Below, piece by piece: positions 26,549-40,802 of a stretch of DNA of 64,000 nucleotides (its first letter is position 1; every line of letters starts with the position of its first letter). The translations under genes and the position numbers were made by a program. Source of the DNA: Octopus sinensis (taxonomy: Eukaryota). The stretch spans positions 60,698,001-60,762,000 of the forward strand of contig NC_043002.1 in NCBI RefSeq assembly GCF_006345805.1. The letters run 5' to 3'. A model generated the notes under the pieces. That model saw nothing but the letters and a program-made list of their open reading frames with translations, searched no databases and was not told the DNA's origin.

Positions 26549-28447
26549 AGGAGTTCTTTTAAAAAAATATTAAAGCATTCCACGCTATTTGTGAGAGGTG
26601 TCACCTACGAGAAAATGAGACTGGATACACCAATATATGTTTTTATTAGTCAGACATTTTTACACACTGTTTGTTAAAATATGCGCGTAATGTGAACAAA
26701 TCATCTTACTTTAACACTGGAAAACATATAAACTGACGATTGCTGTAAATTACCGAGAATCATGATAGATGTGAAAAGGAAGCACTATATGTAGAAAACA
26801 ATATACTAGAGTGAAGACTATTGAAAACGTTGCAAGGCGCAACGAAAAGTTTAGGAAAATAAAAATAAGAAATACGTGGAAATTTTACCGGTGTGTGTGT
26901 TAAATTATAAGGCACAAAAAGGAAATGACTCTCCCCAGATACAATAGAATATACTGTTCGAAAAGGAAAAGTATTGGTTTACCTGAAACTATTGGTTTAC
27001 TTGAAACGTTTACCTGAAAATTCTGGAATATGCATATGTTACTGAATTATGAGTACCAGTAATGTGTGATATTGATCTGCTGACCTCTGCTCAGAGGGAA
27101 ACCGTAACTGTACTTCTGAACTCTGTCAGAAGAGTAAGAATTAATGACACCTCACAAGCTATGTTGATACTTCTGGTAGTCCAGGTAAAACCATTCACTT
27201 CTAATTTTGTTTACGAATAGGTAAATTTAATTCTTTATGCAAGGAATTGTATATCCTGGCTTTGAATCAATCTTTCCAGAATGCAAAATCATCTATGATT
27301 ATTTTTAATTTAAAATGCTAATATGTATAATTGATAGAAGTGCTTGTAACATTTTCATCATATTAAATTATGCGTGCTTCATTAGTATCAAGTCCTTTTT
27401 TTTATTGAGGAATCTTCCATTATTGGAGTGCCGATCCCGTTGTCAACGATTGATCATTGAGGAATGTTACTAATATTGACATTAAGAGAAAAGGTGATTT
27501 TACTTGTAGATATTTCGTCAGTTGTTAACACTAGTTGTGCCACTAAGTATTAAAATAACAATAATTGAATCTTGGTCTCTTGTATTTATTTCAGCAATAT
27601 TGACTTGTTCAAAAGATGCGAACAACAGAAGATTAGCGAGGTTTTGTTGCATTTATGCCTCAGTATGGTGATGGAGAACACGAAGCAGAAACGCTATACT
27701 TCCGTATGACATCATTGACATCTCAAATGAGATTTAAGACAAAAATATTTTAGCGGAAGTAGTGTTTTTCAATTCAGAACCGAATGTTAACGCGTCACTA
27801 GTGAGAATTAGTTCAAAAAGACAGCGACTAATTAATAGTTAATGAGGAAGTGTTGTAGATATCAACTAAAGAAATAGTTTCAAATTCAAGTGTTGATGAA
27901 TTAAAGAAGAAAACGATGAAGACAGTTCTAATTATTTGTCCAAATTTTTCTGTTATAGGAACTCCATCTGGAATACCGCTTCATAAAGTAAGTTTACAGA
28001 TTGGTAAGATAGTTGTGTTTCAAAGGAATATATCCATTACAGCATGGAGCCAGAACGAATATTGCAAGCTTATAACAGATATCCATTCAGACAATTGTGA
28101 TAAAAGAAACAAAAATAAAAGTGAGCAGACAACATAAAACAGATTTAATTTATAAAGCAAAAACCAGAGTCAAATATTTAATAACATGCATGAAACCTTC
28201 CCTGAGAACTCTCATCAAAACTCATTTTGTATGTCAAAGAGAAAAATTTCAAATATGCTAAACATTTTCAGTAAGAAAATACAAACAAATTTCAAGGAGG
28301 AACAATCGACTAAAATGAGTTTCTTTGTGAAACACTAGTATTTTTAAAGAATTATCTTTCTCGAATACATTAAGTATTTGTGGCTGTGAAGATAAATATA
28401 TCAACAAGAGATCCTGAGGTTGTAGGGGTGACTTGTATATTCAAGTA

Positions 28448-28647
28448 TACTCTTTTACTCTTTTACTTGTTTCAGTCATTTGATTGCGACCTTGCTCGAG
28501 CACCGCCTCTAGTCGAGCAAATCGAACCCAGGACGCTTAGTACTTATTTTATTGGCCTCTTTTGCGAACCGCTAGATTACGGGGACGTAAACACACCACT
28601 ATCGGTTGTCAAGTGATGTTGGGGGACATACGCAAGCACAAAAACAT

Positions 28648-28745
<98 letters not shown>

Positions 28746-28920
28746 CATACATATATAGACGGGTTTTTTCAGTTTCCCTCTACCAAATCCACTCACAAAT
28801 TTTGGTCGGCCCCAGGCTATAGTAGAAGACACTTGGCCAAGGTGCCACGTAAGGGGACTGAACTTGGAACCATGTGGTTGGTAAGCAAGCAACTTACCAC
28901 ACAACCGCTCCTGCGCCTAT
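28448..28920 (-). mobile_element. SINE family A, full length
   Basis: ataggcgcaggagcggttgtgtggtaag head, shared body and tail. Confidence 0.85.
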
Positions 28921-29707
28921 ATATCTGTAGATTTTAAAATATATACTTACCCACTGCCTATTTGGATTTTAAAAACATCGTTAGAATCAAACGCTACAGT
29001 AGAAATAGAATTACCAATGAAATTTTGCATTTCAGGGTTCGAAATGAATTTCAAAGAATCTTACGGTTTTCGAAATAACGTTGATATTTCCATGAGTACG
29101 GTTGCCGTACATAATCCAACGATGTGCATAACCGCTTACAAAAACCGACGCAAGAACGCATGCGCGCAAATTCAAATATCCGTGTTCGTGTTAAAAAGTG
29201 ATAGGTGGATAAATATAAATACATATGTACGTAGAAAATTACGGTCGTAGAGAGATGAATGTGTAGGGGACAGAATGAACTTCTGTTCAAACAAAACCAA
29301 TATTTTATTCCATGGTCTGTTACGTTCCCATTCTCATACATATTCATTTTATTTACGACAAAGGGTTTATATAAGAGCACGAAAAGAACAACACCTCATG
29401 TTTTTGTATATATATATATATATATATATATCCTATCCATATACAGGCACTCATACATATACAGATACACACACTCATATATATGTTTGTATATATATAT
29501 ATATATATATATATACACTACTACATACCTTTATCGTTTTTTTCCATCTGCTTATTTGCAGACGAGTATGTGTGTGTGAATTTACGTATGTATATGCACA
29601 CGTCTACGTGCATATGTGCGTATGTATGATGCACGTATGTATGTATATACACATATATATCTGTATACACACACAGAGACACACACACACACACATATAT
29701 ATATATT

Positions 29708-29747
<40 letters not shown>

Positions 29748-29987
29748 GAAATGAGGTAATCAGAAGATAGGATGGTTCATATTTATAGATATGTATTTAT
29801 ATATTACATTTTTTACATATATATATCATATCATTCAGATCATATCATCCAGATTATTAGCGCTTTCTCCCATTCCAGTGGGGTTTTCAAATCAAATTAT
29901 ATATATATATATATATAGATATATTATATATATATTATATATTATATATATATATACATATATATGAATATATATATATATATATAA

Positions 29988-30038
<51 letters not shown>

Positions 30039-30216
30039 AATATGTGAATGAATTATCCTATGTTTATCGTCAGCATGGAAAATTCGTTTAACCGAAACCT
30101 GGGTAGCAAATTCTCGTCAGAAACAGGGGTAGAAACTCCGAGTTCATGTGCAGAAATTTGCGTGTTGTATATGAATAAATGAAAGAACGGAGTCGAACGA
30201 AGATGTTAACAAAATT

Positions 30217-30310
30217 CCTTTACTCTCGACATATGTTTCGAAGACAACATGTTTTCATTCCAAAGGAGTAAAAGGTGCATTATGCAATCTTCTCATCAGG
30301 AAAGAAAGGG
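30217..30310 (-). ncRNA. Type I hammerhead ribozyme (sense copy, 3' terminal repeat)
   Basis: Reverse complement of 31466-31557 with one loop substitution. Confidence 0.8.
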
Positions 30311-31465
30311 AGCCTCTCTCGACAACAAGACAAACAAAAATTTCGATGACTGCCTACATGGTAAACAAAACGATAATGAGTGTTTTTTTAAAAAAAACGT
30401 TAGAAGAATTGACGTCAAAGATAGATAGTAGGAAGAGAAAAGTTAAAGCAATAGTAGGTAGGGAACAAGTGGAGAGGGAAGGGTACGTTGATTGAAAGAA
30501 TGTTCGAAGGCTTACGAAAGAATTTCGCTATTGAAGTGGGGTGGACGTAAAGCTAAATGTTCAAACCACAGTGACTATCGTTATCATTTATATGAGTAGA
30601 AAGTATTTTTCTGCCAGTGTTTACATTTGTATGATTTTTCTATGAGTGTGTTTACTAGGGGAACTTAGAGAAGAGAATATGGAAGAGTTCAGAGCTGCAA
30701 ATGTTATAAAATCTCCTGCCCTTATCAAAAGGAAAGGATACAGACAGTATGAACCAATCTAACTTGAAATTTATATTGTTGTCTTTAAGACGCCAAACTA
30801 ATTTACTTAGCCCTGTACTACGTCGTTTTTTACTATCCCTGAATGTTGAATAATGGTTTGAAATTCTCTTGGATGACTGGGAAGTGGACTCTCCTATATA
30901 GAAGAAGACATCGGTACCGGAAGAAATTCTACACTGGCAAATAGAATTCTTAATCTTAGAATTACTAGACAAAAATTTAATTCTGTTGGGGTTGTCCTCC
31001 GAGATCGAAACGAAGTTTTTATTGTTATGATTGTTGTTACTATTATTATTAACGCCAACAACTACACTATTTCTACTATTATTAGAAATATTAATGGTAA
31101 TACAACTAAGGTTCCCCTAGTAAACACACTCATAGAAAAATTATACAAATGTAAACACTGGCAGAAACATACTTTCTACTCATATAAATGATAACGATAG
31201 TCACTGTGGTTTGAACATTTAGCTTTACGTCCACCCCACTTCAATAGCGAAATTCTTTCGTAAGCCTTCGAACATTCTTTCAATCAACGTACCCTTCCCT
31301 CTCCACTTGTTCCCTACCTATTATTCCTTTAACCCTTCTCTTCCTACTATCTATCTTTGACGTCAATTCTTCTAACGTTTTTTTTTAAAAAACACTCATT
31401 ATCGTTTTGTTTACCATGTAGGCAGTCATCAAAATTTTTGTTTGTCTTGTTGTCGAGAGAGGCTC

Positions 31466-31557
31466 CCTTTCTTTCCTGATGAGAAGATTGCATAATGCAC
31501 CCTTTACTCCTTTGGAATGAAAACATGTTGTCTTCGAAACATATGTCGAGAGTAAAG
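31466..31557 (+). ncRNA. Type I hammerhead ribozyme (inverted terminal repeat)
   Basis: CTGATGA 31476-82; stem II GAAGA/TCTTC; GAAA 31536-39; palindromic ACATATGT stem III; GUC site ending 31547; stem I CCTTTCTTTC/GAGAG(T)AAAGG. Confidence 0.82.
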
Positions 31558-31610
31558 GAATTTTGTTAACATCTTCGTTCGACTCCGTTCTTTCATTTAT
31601 TCATACATAT

Positions 31611-31646
<36 letters not shown>

Positions 31647-31815
31647 AGATATATAAATATGTATAGTAAATACACAAACTTAAACGTCGGTTTGCGCATG
31701 TATACTTGCTGAAACCCAGATCACAGAATTCTTAATGTCACATAGTACAACTCAACTTTCAGTATACAAGTAACTACAATTCATCCCACTTCTTAATTTA
31801 GCTGATCTTTTGTAC

Positions 31816-32033
31816 TATAGGCACAAGGCCTGAAAATTGGGAGGACGTGGCATGGAGTGTGTAAGCAGTCGATTACAACGACCTCAGTGCTTAACTGGTA
31901 CGTAAATTTATCAACCCCGAAATGATGAAAGACAAAGTCGACTTCAGCTGCATCTGAACTCAGAACGCGAAGACGGACGAAATACCGCTAAGCATTTCAC
32001 CCGGCGTCCTAACAATTCTGCCAGTTCTCCGCC
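31816..32033 (-). mobile_element. tRNA-derived SINE, family B (Deu/Nin-like central domain)
   Basis: A box TGGCAGAATTGTT, GAGTTCA B-box region, ctttcatcatttcggggttgataaa; homologous to 58157 and 61259. Confidence 0.8.
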
Positions 32034-32602
32034 TTGCTTCATTAAGTTAATGAGTAAATGTACCCCCTGCAACACAGGCTCAATATTACGTTAGCATCCC
32101 GCAATTATCCGCAAATCCTCAATAACATCACTCGAAGATATAAGCAAAGTATACGCAAACTAAGGAAAACCATGCAATTTCCCCAGTCACAATAAATACC
32201 TTTCACATAATGTATTCTATTGTGCCATGTTGACTATATTTGCCTCACTCGCTGGGTAAAGCTTTACACTGCATCCGGAATCGAGGCCCATTTTCGGGAG
32301 TACCGTAGTTTTAATTTTGCTCCTGGTAGTGAGCCACAATTGTTCCCAGGTCTACTGTGATCCGGATTTATTGGTCCCAGATATGGGCTGATTACCAGGA
32401 ATGGAATTGTTCGAAAAATATCATTTGCTGATTTCTAACGGACACAGGGCAACTGGCGCCCATCAGCTCTTTAGCTGCTCATCTAAAAGAGAAGGTAAGT
32501 GCGTCCGGACATCCAGTGGGCTCTTGGCACTTGTTGACCCTTGTGTCTATCTCTCATGTGCATGGTTCTGTACTCTATTCTCACATACACACACAGTCAC
32601 AC

Positions 32603-32642
<40 letters not shown>

Positions 32643-32719
32643 TCACACGGGCAAACACACACATACATATATATGTATGTATATATATATATAAATGAAA
32701 TAAATGCGCCCTTTTAAAG

Positions 32720-32920
32720 CTTAACCAGGCTCATGGGCCCAGTTTCCCGGTTCTAATGGCGTATGTGATCCCCAGGACGCCAGTCTATCGCCAGCTGAGT
32801 GGACTGGAGCAACGTGAAATGAAGTATTTTGCTCAAGAACACAAAGCGTCACCCTCTCCAGGAATCGAAACCATTATCTTACGATCATGATGTTGACACC
32901 CTAATCACTAAGCCACGCGC
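32720..32920 (-). mobile_element. tRNA-derived SINE (family C-related)
   Basis: A box TGGCTTAGTGATTAG, B box GGTTTCGATTCC; 3' end shares gtttcccggtt...atggcgtat with family C. Confidence 0.75.
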
Positions 32921-33769
32921 ATCCATACAAACACACACACAAACATACACACACACACAAATATATATACACAAAAGCAAGATTCACACATACACACACA
33001 GATAAACATATACGCACAAAGACGTACACATCCCTCATTATATATATGTGTGTGTGTGTGTGTGTGTGCTTGGGCAAGCATGTGTGTGCATGCTCCAGCG
33101 TGTTTGTGCACGAGTGTGCGTACATGCACGCGTGTGTGTTGAATAAAATGTGTTAAGTCACTACGGATTTTACAATTGGAAAAAAATACCAATGACACGC
33201 GACATTTCGATGACTAACAATAAGAAAGAATTCATTAGCGTCTGCTTTCATGTCACGGTTTCGATTCCAGATTAAAACCTAAATACAACCAATTGAATTA
33301 CGTAAGACATATGGTTAAATAACAGAGCTTTCACAGACAGGTTTATTACCCCTCCTCCCTTCGTTGTATGTAATTTATGAGGAGTGTTTGCCTACCAAAG
33401 AGAGATCGATAAGCATTCATATATGTAATACAGAAAGAAATTTATGAAACAAAATAATATTTCAAAGCTTCTCATTCTGTGAAAATATATTATTTCCAAA
33501 TATACGCCAACATTTTTAAGCTAACATCTAACATAAGCGAACAGATCATTTGAAAAAAAACAAAAAAAAACAAAAGAAGCGTAAAGCGTACATAGTAACG
33601 TTACATAGGCATATACGTAGTCAAACATTTGCAGATCATGTCTACAAATACACACATACACATATATTGTATACGTGTATACATATACATAGATACCTAC
33701 ATACAATATGGTTTCAGTTTGTGTATGTGTGCATATATATATATTATTATATATATATGTACGTATATA

Positions 33770-33817
<48 letters not shown>

Positions 33818-33991
33818 GCATGCACATATATATATATATATATCCGTTATATACATATATGAATATGCTCTCACACACACAGAACGTGTATATTTATGTA
33901 TATATGTAAAAAAAAAATGTTTTTATATATCTTCAGATAACATTTTAGATGTGTGTGTGCATGAATGTATATAAGTACATATAATATATGC

Positions 33992-34031
<40 letters not shown>

Positions 34032-34072
34032 CATATACATATATATACTATATATATGCTATATATATATAA

Positions 34073-34105
<33 letters not shown>

Positions 34106-34124
34106 TTATATGTATATAATATAT

Positions 34125-34185
<61 letters not shown>

Positions 34186-34215
34186 TATAAATCTATATAT
34201 ATATATATAGATATA

Positions 34216-34253
<38 letters not shown>

Positions 34254-34563
34254 TACATAACTGAAATTCGCAGTTATAACAGATAAAAGAGGACATTCTA
34301 GTTGAATGAGCGAAAGTTCATGCTTAATAGCTTCACCTCCTGCTCATCCTAGCAGATCGAATCTTACAGGATGTTCATAATGTGAGTTGCTGATCAATAA
34401 TTTAGTTTGGGCATTAAATTAAAATTGATTAAAAGTCTCATTCGTCCCTTAGACTAAAATATTTTATTGGAATTGTATATCACAGTTTTCATATGAACTT
34501 TATTCATACGTATGTTTGTATACCACAGTATGTGAGTATATATATATATATATACATATATAA

Positions 34564-34594
<31 letters not shown>

Positions 34595-35289
34595 TGTATG
34601 TATGTATGTATGTATGTATGTATGTATGCATGTATGTATGTATGTTCCTAATTTTATATAGTTTTTACTGTTAGTTATGTATGCGTATACGCATGTATAT
34701 CATTAAATATTGTTCTCTCAATATATGTTTATATATTTTTTAAACAAAATTCGTCTATGACGTATTATACTACCCTTCCATCAATCTCCGCCTGTCTATC
34801 GCTCAGTTGTCTGTCTGTCTATCTATCTATTTATCTATCAGTTTATCTCTCTCTTTCTCTCTCTCTCTATCTATCTATCTGTCTGTCTGTCTATCTATAA
34901 AAGTTAATATTATCTACCTATATATCCCTCATTTCTCTGTCCATACATTAATATAAGGCTCTGTCTGTCTATCATCTATCTATCAATCTATCTATCTATC
35001 TATCTATCTATCTGTCCGTCCATTATCCTTCTGTCTACTTATTCTTCTTCTACAAAGAAGTATCTTCATATTGATGTATCTACTAGAAATATAATATTAA
35101 ACAACCTCTGCTGTATAGCAGGCCTTATATACCAAATCTTGCCCCCATCCACAACCTCTGCCAAACACAACCAAAATAACAGCTACCTCAAAAATATCGA
35201 CGCCTATACTATTTTCTTTTAATTCCTTCTGTTTTATCAAACATCGAAATGAACAACAACAGCAACGATAAAGATATCGTTATTATCAT

Positions 35290-35310
35290 TATTCTTAATA
35301 ATAATAATAC

Positions 35311-35349
<39 letters not shown>

Positions 35350-35394
35350 TAATAATAATATAACAATAATAATAATAATAATATAATAATAGTA

Positions 35395-35471
<77 letters not shown>

Positions 35472-35520
35472 AATAATAATAATAATAATATAATAATAAT
35501 AATATAATAAAATAATAATG
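35290..35520. repeat. Imperfect (AAT)n microsatellite
   Basis: Read directly. Confidence 0.95.
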
Positions 35521-35911
35521 TATAGCGATAATAACTGTCGATAATAGTGATGCTGGGCGTAATTTTTTTTCGATCTTTCGATTCTTTTAACAATTCTGTC
35601 TTCGCTCACTTAATTGAAGATAGATGTACTACTAATCAGATGAACATGAGAAACAATGACTGGAACGCCAAACTAGTTAGATATCTCTCTTTTCTCCTCG
35701 TTATTTTTATTTTCATTTAGGCAAAGAGATTCCGTATCGTGTAAGTAACTATCCATGCGGGTATGTGCGCTTCTGTGTATGTGCACGCGTGTTTACGAGT
35801 GTAGATATATACATGCGTATAAATGTAGGTATGAGAATATGTTTGCAATTACGTATATGCAGTATGAATAACGTGTATATATATATATATATATATATAC
35901 TATACATCACA

Positions 35912-35942
<31 letters not shown>

Positions 35943-36163
35943 ATATATATATGTATGTACGTATGTATATATATATACATGCATACACACGTGTGTATAT
36001 ATGGGACTGTATGCGGGTGTATGTGTGTGGTGTAGGCGAATATCAGCATCAAATAAAGTTTCTTTGAAAATTTTAAGTAAACTTTTTCTCTTCAATCAAA
36101 ATCATCGTAAATTAGTTTTCTAATATATGCCCCTAGTCATACATTCACACACACACACTTACA

Positions 36164-36223
<60 letters not shown>

Positions 36224-36316
36224 CCATTTACATATGTCATATATTCATATAGGCCCATCTATATATATATATATATATAAATTTATATTTGCATATAAGT
36301 GTGTGAATTAAGATAC

Positions 36317-36353
<37 letters not shown>

Positions 36354-36477
36354 GTTGTATATATATATAATATATATATATATATATGTATATATGTATA
36401 TATATATATATATATGTACGTATATATGTATATATATATATATATATGTGTATATATACATATTTATATATATATAT

Positions 36478-36940
36478 GCAGAAAAACAGACAGATGTAGA
36501 TTGTAACGCAGTCATACTTACTTATACATATTTACATACGTTTGTTTGTGAGTATACATGTTTGTGTGTGAGTAATGTAAATATGTTGTTGCTGTAAAAT
36601 CTGTTATTTTTGTTTTTGTTGTAATAAATCAGTTGTCCATTTTGAATAACTATCTTCAAAGATCTATAAAGTGTTAAAGTGTTTTCGTATGTTACTCACT
36701 TGTCTGATATGTTGTCAAGCTGAAATTTAAAAAAAAAACAAGTACAACTACAACAAAAACAACAAAAGCAACAACACAAAAGCAACAGCAACAAAGCAAG
36801 AGCAACCTCGACAATAAAAACTGACAGAAGAAATAAAGAAAACAATTTGAAAGGAAACAGACAATCTAAAATATTAAAGAAATTTTCTATGTATTTATCT
36901 ATCGCTATACTCACGTACTTTCCCTTTGTAAATATATATA

Positions 36941-37022
<82 letters not shown>

Positions 37023-37073
37023 TATATACATATATATTATATTATGCATATATATATGTATATATTATATATA

Positions 37074-37113
<40 letters not shown>

Positions 37114-37605
37114 ATATATACATATTTATATATATATATGCAGAAAAACAGACAGATGTAGATTGTAACGCAGTCATACTTACTTATACATATTTACATA
37201 CGTTTGTTTGTGAGTATACATGTTTGTGTGTGAGTAATGTAAATATGTTTGTGCTGTAAAATCTGTTATTTTTGTTTTTGTTGTAATAAATCAGTTGTCC
37301 ATTTTGAATAACTATCTTCAAAGATCTATAAAGTGTTAAAGTGTTTTCGTATGTTACTCACTTGTCTGATATGTTGTCAAGCTGAAATTTAAAAAAAAAA
37401 CAAGTACAACTACAACAAAAACAACAAAAGCAACAACAACAAAAGCAACAGCAACAAAAGCAAGAGCAACCTCGACAATAAAAACTGACAGAAGAAATAA
37501 AGAAAACAAATTTGAAAGGAAACAGACAATCTAAAATATTAAAGAAATTTTCTATGTATTTATCTATCGCTATACTCACGTACTTTCCCTTTGTAAATAT
37601 ATATA

Positions 37606-37608
<3 letters not shown>
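36478..37608. repeat. Near-identical tandem duplication, offset ~662 bp
   Basis: 36478-36943 matches 37140-37608; the copies are separated by (TA)n. Confidence 0.95.
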
Positions 37609-37697
<89 letters not shown>

Positions 37698-38639
37698 TTA
37701 TATTATATATATATATAATATATATATATATATATAGTACTTATGTATGTATACATAACAAGTAGACGAGACGAAAGAGGGTAGGGTGAGATAGAAACTG
37801 GCCATCGCTAATGAGAAGACAGACTGTTCTTAATTGCTTATGTCACTGTGTTTTCTGTTGTCTATTAAATAATTATCGTAAAAGAGTTTCGCTGGGGAAT
37901 GCAAGACGTTGCTTCTAAACGCTGTAATTTGCCTCACACGGACAGGCACCATCTGTTCAGGTTGGTACGGCTGAACTGATCTTATGTACTAAGATAACTT
38001 AGATACGTTTCGACCAAAGATTAGCCCCGGCCATGTCTAACTTAATAGCGCCAGAAGATAGGATTTGCTAAATCCTTTTCAAGACATGGACCATTTTAGT
38101 AGGGAAGACTTGTTGAGTCAATTGTTTGAATGTAATGGTGGCTATCTGTTATCTCTTGAAGAAATATGTACAACACCGTGAGTTTCACCAGGAGCTCAGA
38201 TTTTCATAAATTATATCAGCTCTGTTTCCTTTTAAATTATGATTACCAGGAAGACGAATCATGGCTTAACGTACATCAAATCCTTTGGCTTTTTTGTAAC
38301 ATGTTGTACATCATAAATTGATTAGCCTCAGCCAAGAACCGCCAGCATTAATAAATATAGCTGTATCAAATACTATACATCATAATGTTTTGGATTTCTT
38401 TAAATTACCACCGCGTCTAGTGGATGTGTGGTAATTACCAAAACTGCAATGAAAACGAGCTCGCATAAGAAGAGAAAATAATCTCATGATTCAAGAAATT
38501 CTGCTAACAAGAAAGAGAACAGATTTATTGTCTTGAGATAAGAAGACAAGCAGAACCCTTGTTTCTGATTACGTAGACGTCATTAGCGAGATAATTACCC
38601 AACCTTATCCCCAGCAGCCAAGGGACTTATGACTATGTT

Positions 38640-38918
38640 TGTTCCTTCTCGAGCCACGCCTAGGTGATAGAGCCGGTTTCCCGGTTTCCATGGCGTATAG
38701 GTTCCCCACCTGGACGGGATGCCGGTCAGTCGCAGGTTAGCTGCAAGATGCAAGAGGAAAGAGTGAGAGAAACTTGTAGCGAAAGAGTCGGCAGAGTTCG
38801 CCATTACTTTCTGCCGGAGCCGCGTGGAGCTTAGGTGTTTCGCTCATAAACACACACATCACCCGGTCTGAGATTCGAACCCTTGATCCCTGGACCGCGA
38901 GTCCGCTGCTCTAACGAC
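38640..38918 (-). mobile_element. tRNA-derived SINE, family C (V-domain-like)
   Basis: B box GGTTCGAATC; accggcatcccgtccaggtgggg core; homologous to 46955-47210. Confidence 0.8.
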
Positions 38919-39275
38919 AATACGAACAAGAATAGAAGGGTGTGGACCATGTCCTTTTAATCTTTTACAGTAATAGTGAGCTCATATCTGCTTAATTTGG
39001 CTTCCAATGCCTATAAACGTAATCTGTTGATATACACAGCGAGTCTTCGTCATTCCCGGTCTCTGTTAATTTATAACTATACAAGGAGGCTCGGGCAGGA
39101 GTTAGCTTTTAGAAGGCAGAGACTTGCAATGCTTGTGAGGTTCCATAACATTTATGTACATGAGTCGCATAAGCGCACGTATGTATATGATTATATATAT
39201 CCATCATATATACATCCATCATATATTATATGTGTGCGTACATGAGTGTGCGAGTGTGTCTTCGTGTGTATGTGC

Positions 39276-39325
<50 letters not shown>

Positions 39326-40442
39326 ATATATATATACGTACAATGATATATGTCAGTACAGATACTACAATGCATCTCGTCCGATACTCTAAAACTCCGG
39401 CCAATCCACCTTCCAATTAATGAAATGACAGTCGAATACTGTATTCAATGGTTCAACTTCATCCCTTCCGCTTAAAACTACTGGCCTCGTACTCGAATTA
39501 AAAGCATTTATTACAAAGAATTTTAAAGTAATTCTAGGGCTAATATTTATCTGTTCGTGCACATATTTTAATTATCACTATGGACGAATCAATGTATTTT
39601 AAAATAATATTTTTTGTAAACTTACCTAATTTCATCGAGAAACCTTTTGTTAATATTGATATATTTTAAACTTCGATTCTTAGAGCAGACATGTTTGATG
39701 CCTACTTCGAACATATCTCACAGTGGAGGTTTATGATTCACTTGCATATATTTGTTATTCATACCAAAATTGTATATATAACAGACGATGTTGTTTCTCA
39801 GCATCTACAGCGGAAATAATTGAACAAGTAGAACCCCAATGGTATTCCTGTCATAATATACGCTTCCTTTCATTTTCAAGCTGTGCACTACAAAATCCAA
39901 TGTTGCATTATTTCTCTTGAAAAAAGAAGGAAATAAAAAGTGCGTTTTCAAAGTGCAATGGCTGCTAATTCAATCGCAGAGAATCCACATCATGAATTCA
40001 GGATTGCCTGAATTTATGATTCTTCTTTTCAAATACCAATTGAAATCAGAGTGAATCTAGTCACGCAGCCGCAGTGAGAAAAATAAAAGCAATAGTGCTC
40101 AACTAAAACAGAGCGGTCTTATAAATTATTTCACTTTCCGTTCAGTGTTTAAGTTAATTTGTTATCTGCCAGACTATGTCCCTGCAGCTGTACTCTATAA
40201 CATTTACTTGTGTATATGGTCATCAGTGTTCATGCTGGAATATATGCTTATACATGCAAACAGACAAGATCGCGTGTCGAATATGTGTGTGTGTTTGTAT
40301 GCGAATGATATGCATATATGGATGGATAGACACACACACACACACACACTCACACTCGCTGACATACTCATATATATAGATCGATAGATAGATAGATGTA
40401 CATGTATATGTGCATGTATATATCTATGTATTGATGGTTGTA

Positions 40443-40497
<55 letters not shown>

Positions 40498-40560
40498 TGC
40501 ATGTGTGGATATATATGTATGTGTGTAAATATATGTGTTTCAATATGTGACCTTGTGAGT

Positions 40561-40768
40561 ACCGCCAGCGATTTTTTTTCCTCTGTCTTCCCTTCTTGGG
40601 ATCTTTCCTTCTCCTATGTTTCCGACGAAGAGCTCCGCTCGAAACGTTGAAGCCTCCATCCCTTCTTTCCTGAGCGTCCAATAATACTTTATTTGTTCCA
40701 CGTCCTCGCGTTGCTGTTCTTTTTTGTGTTTTTTGTGCTTTTTTGTGTCTTCTTGTTTGGATTAACTA
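40561..40768 (+). mobile_element. ~200-bp PLE-terminal-repeat-like element with hammerhead variant (CCGACGA core)
   Basis: gttt CCGACGA A GAGC tcc GCTC GAAA CGT T gaag; homologous to 2624 and 21704. Confidence 0.72.
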
Positions 40769-40770
40769 TA

Positions 40771-40802
<32 letters not shown>

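Larger units (their letters stand above)
30170..31605 (-). mobile_element. 5'-truncated Penelope-like element: GIY-YIG domain between inverted ~500-bp terminal repeats
   Basis: ORF ~31100 to 30655: Asn-rich linker, then YIGESTSQSSKRISNH...STGLSKLVWRLKDNNINF...W.IL; 30170-30668 is the reverse complement of 31106-31605. Confidence 0.9.

Noticed and set aside
27000-28330. Microsatellite-free stretch with acidic peptide patches
   Set aside because: No frame or motif I could support
30060-30165. CTGACGAG on the minus strand next to the PLE repeat, as a second hammerhead
   Set aside because: No correctly placed stem II-GAAA
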